From the NCBI GenBank assembly GCA_964016885.1, contig OZ024763.1, positions 23,312,001-23,376,000 on the forward strand: DNA of 64,000 bases. The letters run 5' to 3'. This stretch comes from Eledone cirrhosa (lineage: Eukaryota). The notes beneath the pieces were generated by a model. That model was given only the letters and a program-made list of their open reading frames with translations. It was not told where the DNA came from and did not search any database. Position 1 is the stretch's first letter. Every line of letters begins with the position of its first letter. Made by a program: the position numbers and the translations under genes. Positions 60,466 to 64,000 of the stretch are shown piece by piece.

Positions 60466-60706
60466 TATTTTCCGTTGTGTTGTAATATAAATATTACACA
60501 CAGTAGATTGACAGCTCACGTAGAGTTTGCTCGACGGTTCCAGTTGTAATTCCAAAAGTAATCCGGAGAAAAATAGAAAGATTTGAATGGATACAGTTTA
60601 GTTGAAAGGAATTTATTGAGACGTGTTTCTATAACAGTTACATAACCTGAAAACAGCTCCTATCTACAAAGTATTAAAGGAAAACAGCTGCTATCTACAA
60701 AGTATT

Positions 60707-60991
60707 AAAGGAAATTGCCTTGTTAATAACATAGTATATAAATGTAAAGTTAACACTAAGGACTCAATTTATTCATATATAGGAGCTACCTCTAACAAAT
60801 TTAAGGTAAGATTTAATACCCACAAACATAGTTTTAAAAATGCCGCACTAGCTAATACAACATCTCTAGCTGAAATAATAAATAGTTATAGAAAGAGGAA
60901 TCTAGAATATGACCTGACCTGGAGTGTGCTCAAAAGGGCCACCCCTTATCAAAATAGTAGAAATGAATGTAGATTATGTTCCCAAGAACTT
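60707..60991 (+). mobile_element. Second Naiad-type GIY-YIG fragment
   Basis: KGNCLVNNIVYKCKV..YSYIGATSNKFKVRFNTHKHSF..TSLA..LTWSVLKRATPY..CRLCSQE. Confidence 0.85.
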
Positions 60992-60995
60992 TTTG

Positions 60996-62000
60996 AGTGT
61001 GGGGCTGGGAGGGTTTTACCGTGTTGCCTACACGGCCACATTACAGCGTGGACTGTCTGGCGGGTTTTCTACAGCTGGATGCCCTTCCTAACACCAACCA
61101 CATTTACAGTGTGGGGCTGGGAGGTTTTTACCGTGTTGCCTACACGGCCACATTACAGCGTGGATTGTGTGTTTTTTTGTCGTGACACCTACACGATCTC
61201 ATTTGTTTCGGCCTGGATGTTGTGGCACCAACATAACTTTACATTGAAAGGGGCGGTGTGGATGGGGTGGGGTGGTGGGACGGGGGTGTGTTTTGTTAGA
61301 GATGCCTACTGACTGTAGTAGGTTTTACTTTGTATTTAGGTAAGGCGGGTCTTCTCTATTACTGAGTACCGCCAAAGGTCTCGGTCCAGTGACATTGTCT
61401 TGGAGAGGTGTAAGCGTGTGAGGTCGGAATTTATCATGTCGTCCCAGGTTTTTCTGGGTCTGCCTACTCCGTGGCTACCGTCTATCTTTATTGCCCTGCA
61501 CTTTGTTATACAGCTGTCGTCTTTCATGCGCATCACGTGACCATACCAACGTAGCCTTCTCTCGAGTAAACAACATCTGATCCCTCTTATTTCTAATTTT
61601 TTCCTTAGTTCGTTTATGCTTAGCCGTTCACGTATATTACTATTACACATCCAGCGGAGCATGCAAGCTTCGTTCCTCTCTAGTCTGCGTATATCCTCTG
61701 CACACAATGCCCAGGTCTCACTGCCATGCAGCATTGCTGTTCGTATGCAGGCATCATTTAACCTGCCTTTCATTTTTAGGGAGAACCCTTTAGCGGCTAA
61801 TAGTGGTATAAGCTCTCTGAACTTTTTCCATCCCATTCTGACTCTAGCTACTGTACTTTCAGAGCACCCTCCCCCACTGCTGATTTTGTCACCCAGGTAA
61901 CGGAAGCTGTTCACTATTTCTATAGAACCCTCTGCGCAATTGAAAGAGCTAGTATTTGTGAGCACTTGCTGCTACTTATTGCACCAGAGCACCGGCCATA
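60996..62000 (-). mobile_element. RTE family B, truncated; ORF 61336-61965
   Basis: Close to 44110-45120. The terminal hairpin and tail are missing. Confidence 0.9.
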
Positions 62001-62479
62001 TATATATATATAGGTTGAATATATGGCAAAGCATATCGATGTAAGTGGAGTTACTTAAATGAAAATATAGGTGGCCCTTAAAAGGGCCCAAAAGAGGAAC
62101 AAGTCAACATCATTGGATACCATCAGGGTTGCAGGTGTTATATCAGAGTTTTCCTTCTCCTAGAAGTCTGCCTTGACAAAGGCTAAGGGGTCATCTCTCC
62201 CGGTGATTTTGGATGGCCATTGACTCTTAAGAGCTCCTTTGCCCTTTGACAGGTTTTGCTTTTAGTCCTGCAGGATGTCCAAAGTCACCCTCCTCACCAA
62301 GAAACCTTGGTGGGGTTGCCAGTTTAGTCGCCAACGACCTGACCATGAGACAGGTTGTACTTAGATACATGTTACCAGTAGCACCAACTGGTGACCTGAC
62401 ATGTATATATACATACATATATATATATATATATAGATATATACATACATACATATACATACATATATATATATATATA

Positions 62480-63133
62480 CATAAATTAATAAAATAATGA
62501 ATAAACAAAGAAACAGTTCCTTATATTAAAAAAATTCATAATTTTACGATCGTTTCTAGGATATATATGTGTTAGAGTTGGTATGCATATTCTATAGATC
62601 TATGTACAATATTTATACAAACTATCAGAGGGAATATACATACCTACACATATATATGCTGTCTTCAGAAATAATGATATTTGTTTATTGAAAAAAAACA
62701 AAGATTCAATACAATAGGTCTGTTTGGGAACAGGTTTTGAATTGACCAATAGAGAGATAGTGAGGGTCAAGATAGTAATATAGTAGTAGAAGAACCTTAA
62801 ATTATGGGTAGAGGAAGGTAGATTTCAGTTTTGGATGGAAAAGAATATTATGAATGAAGGATTATTTTAGGGAAGAAATAGGTCTTATGCTGACCTCAGA
62901 AATAATTTTATTTGTTCATTGAATAAAACCAACAAAGATCTAATATATTCTGTCTGTTTGGTAAGAGGTTTAGAATTAACCAATAGAAAGTTAATAATTT
63001 ATCTTGACTCTGTTTTCCGTTTATTTTTCACCAAAAGTAGTTTTTGAATGCATCTCTTCTTTCCATGATATCCGGATTACATTGAGTTCTTCATACGGAT
63101 TGGACACTACCGTAAACTTTTGGTAGACTTATC

Positions 63134-63140
<7 letters not shown>
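62480..63140 (-). mobile_element. Penelope pseudo-LTR-like repeat, hammerhead-bearing copy
   Basis: Dispersed repeat shared with 51630-52210. Contains the long-stem-II hammerhead. Confidence 0.62.
62537..62676 (-). ncRNA. Type I hammerhead ribozyme motif with greatly extended stem II
   Basis: CAUUAUUU-CUGAAGA-(about 105-nt hairpin)-GAAA-CGAUCG-UA-AAAUUAUG. Confidence 0.68.
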
Positions 63141-63170
<30 letters not shown>

Positions 63171-63436
63171 GTTGATGATGATGATACAGAATATAATCAC
63201 AATATATACACTATATATACACAGTATCATGAATTGAACAGATAACCTTATTATAAGCTGAACAGCCACACATCTGTGTCACAAAATGTCATCACATGGT
63301 GATGTCAGCTTATAGACGAGGCTGTGTTTAGGAAACCATACTTGAGGACAGGAAACGGCACTTTTCAGGTCAACACTATATTTTAGACAGCAAGAAATGC
63401 GTCTCACTAATGCATGCACTTAGACAAACACACACC

Positions 63437-63818
63437 ATCATCATCATCATCATCATCACCAATTTTATGTCCGTTCTTCCACAGTAGCATGGATTAGACG
63501 GGTTGTCCTGTTGTGGGCAGTGTCCGGTCGGCTGAACCATGTCTTGCTCATACGGGAACTGATTCTGGCTTGATTTCTACAGCTGGATGCCCTTCCTAAC
63601 ACCAACCTCATTTACAGTGAGTGCTGGGTGGCGCCTACACGTCCACTTTGCAGTGATCCCAGTCCCTATCATCTCATTTCTACAGCTGAGTAAACTGGAG
63701 CAATGTGAAATAAAGTGTCTTGCTCAAGGAAACAACACATCACCCGATCTGAGAATTGAACTCACAACCTTTTGGTTGCAAAGCCAATGCTCTAACCACT
63801 AAGCCATGTGCCTCCACA
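63437..63818 (-). mobile_element. CORE-type SINE with RTE family A tail
   Basis: Same head-core-tail architecture as 17771-18220. Confidence 0.82.
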
Positions 63819-64000
63819 CATATATATATATACATTCATATATATACATTCATATATATATATATATATGAATGTATATATATATATGTACATATATGGT
63901 GTTCGTTTAGTCCATTTATAAAAGAGTTCTTTCATATATAAACATATATATACATATACACACAGGGTGTAGACAGAATTGGCGTTCTGTTTAAACAATG

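Overview
Eukaryotic, AT-rich, microsatellite-laden animal genomic DNA with no prokaryotic operons, rRNA or CRISPR. The SINE and LINE repertoire suggests an octopod cephalopod, but this is an inference. Most of the window is nested transposable elements: several RTE-clade LINE families with (GAT)n tails and a PHD-type zinc finger inserted behind the RT core, CR1-clade LINEs (one with a nearly complete EN-RT ORF at 1288-4332), a head-to-tail array of six Tx1/L1-clade LINE copies each bounded by (TATC)n, and Penelope-like (Naiad-type RT plus GIY-YIG) elements. It also holds two tRNA-derived SINE families and non-autonomous DNA transposons of piggyBac, MULE-like, Ginger-like and Helitron type. Host coding sequence is sparse: a single-exon divergent tetraspanin (11160-11807), the first coding exon of a P-loop NTPase (54112-54246) and a possible pair of terminal exons (8823-9293). 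The most notable hidden signals are several type I hammerhead ribozyme motifs in Penelope-type repeats, apparent microsatellite-specific Tx1 targeting, and a foldback element whose two arms both contain a captured LINE tail. Most ORFs in the supplied track are translations of microsatellites or antisense TE sequence. All family assignments come from motif recognition by eye, and TE boundaries are approximate unless a target-site duplication is quoted.
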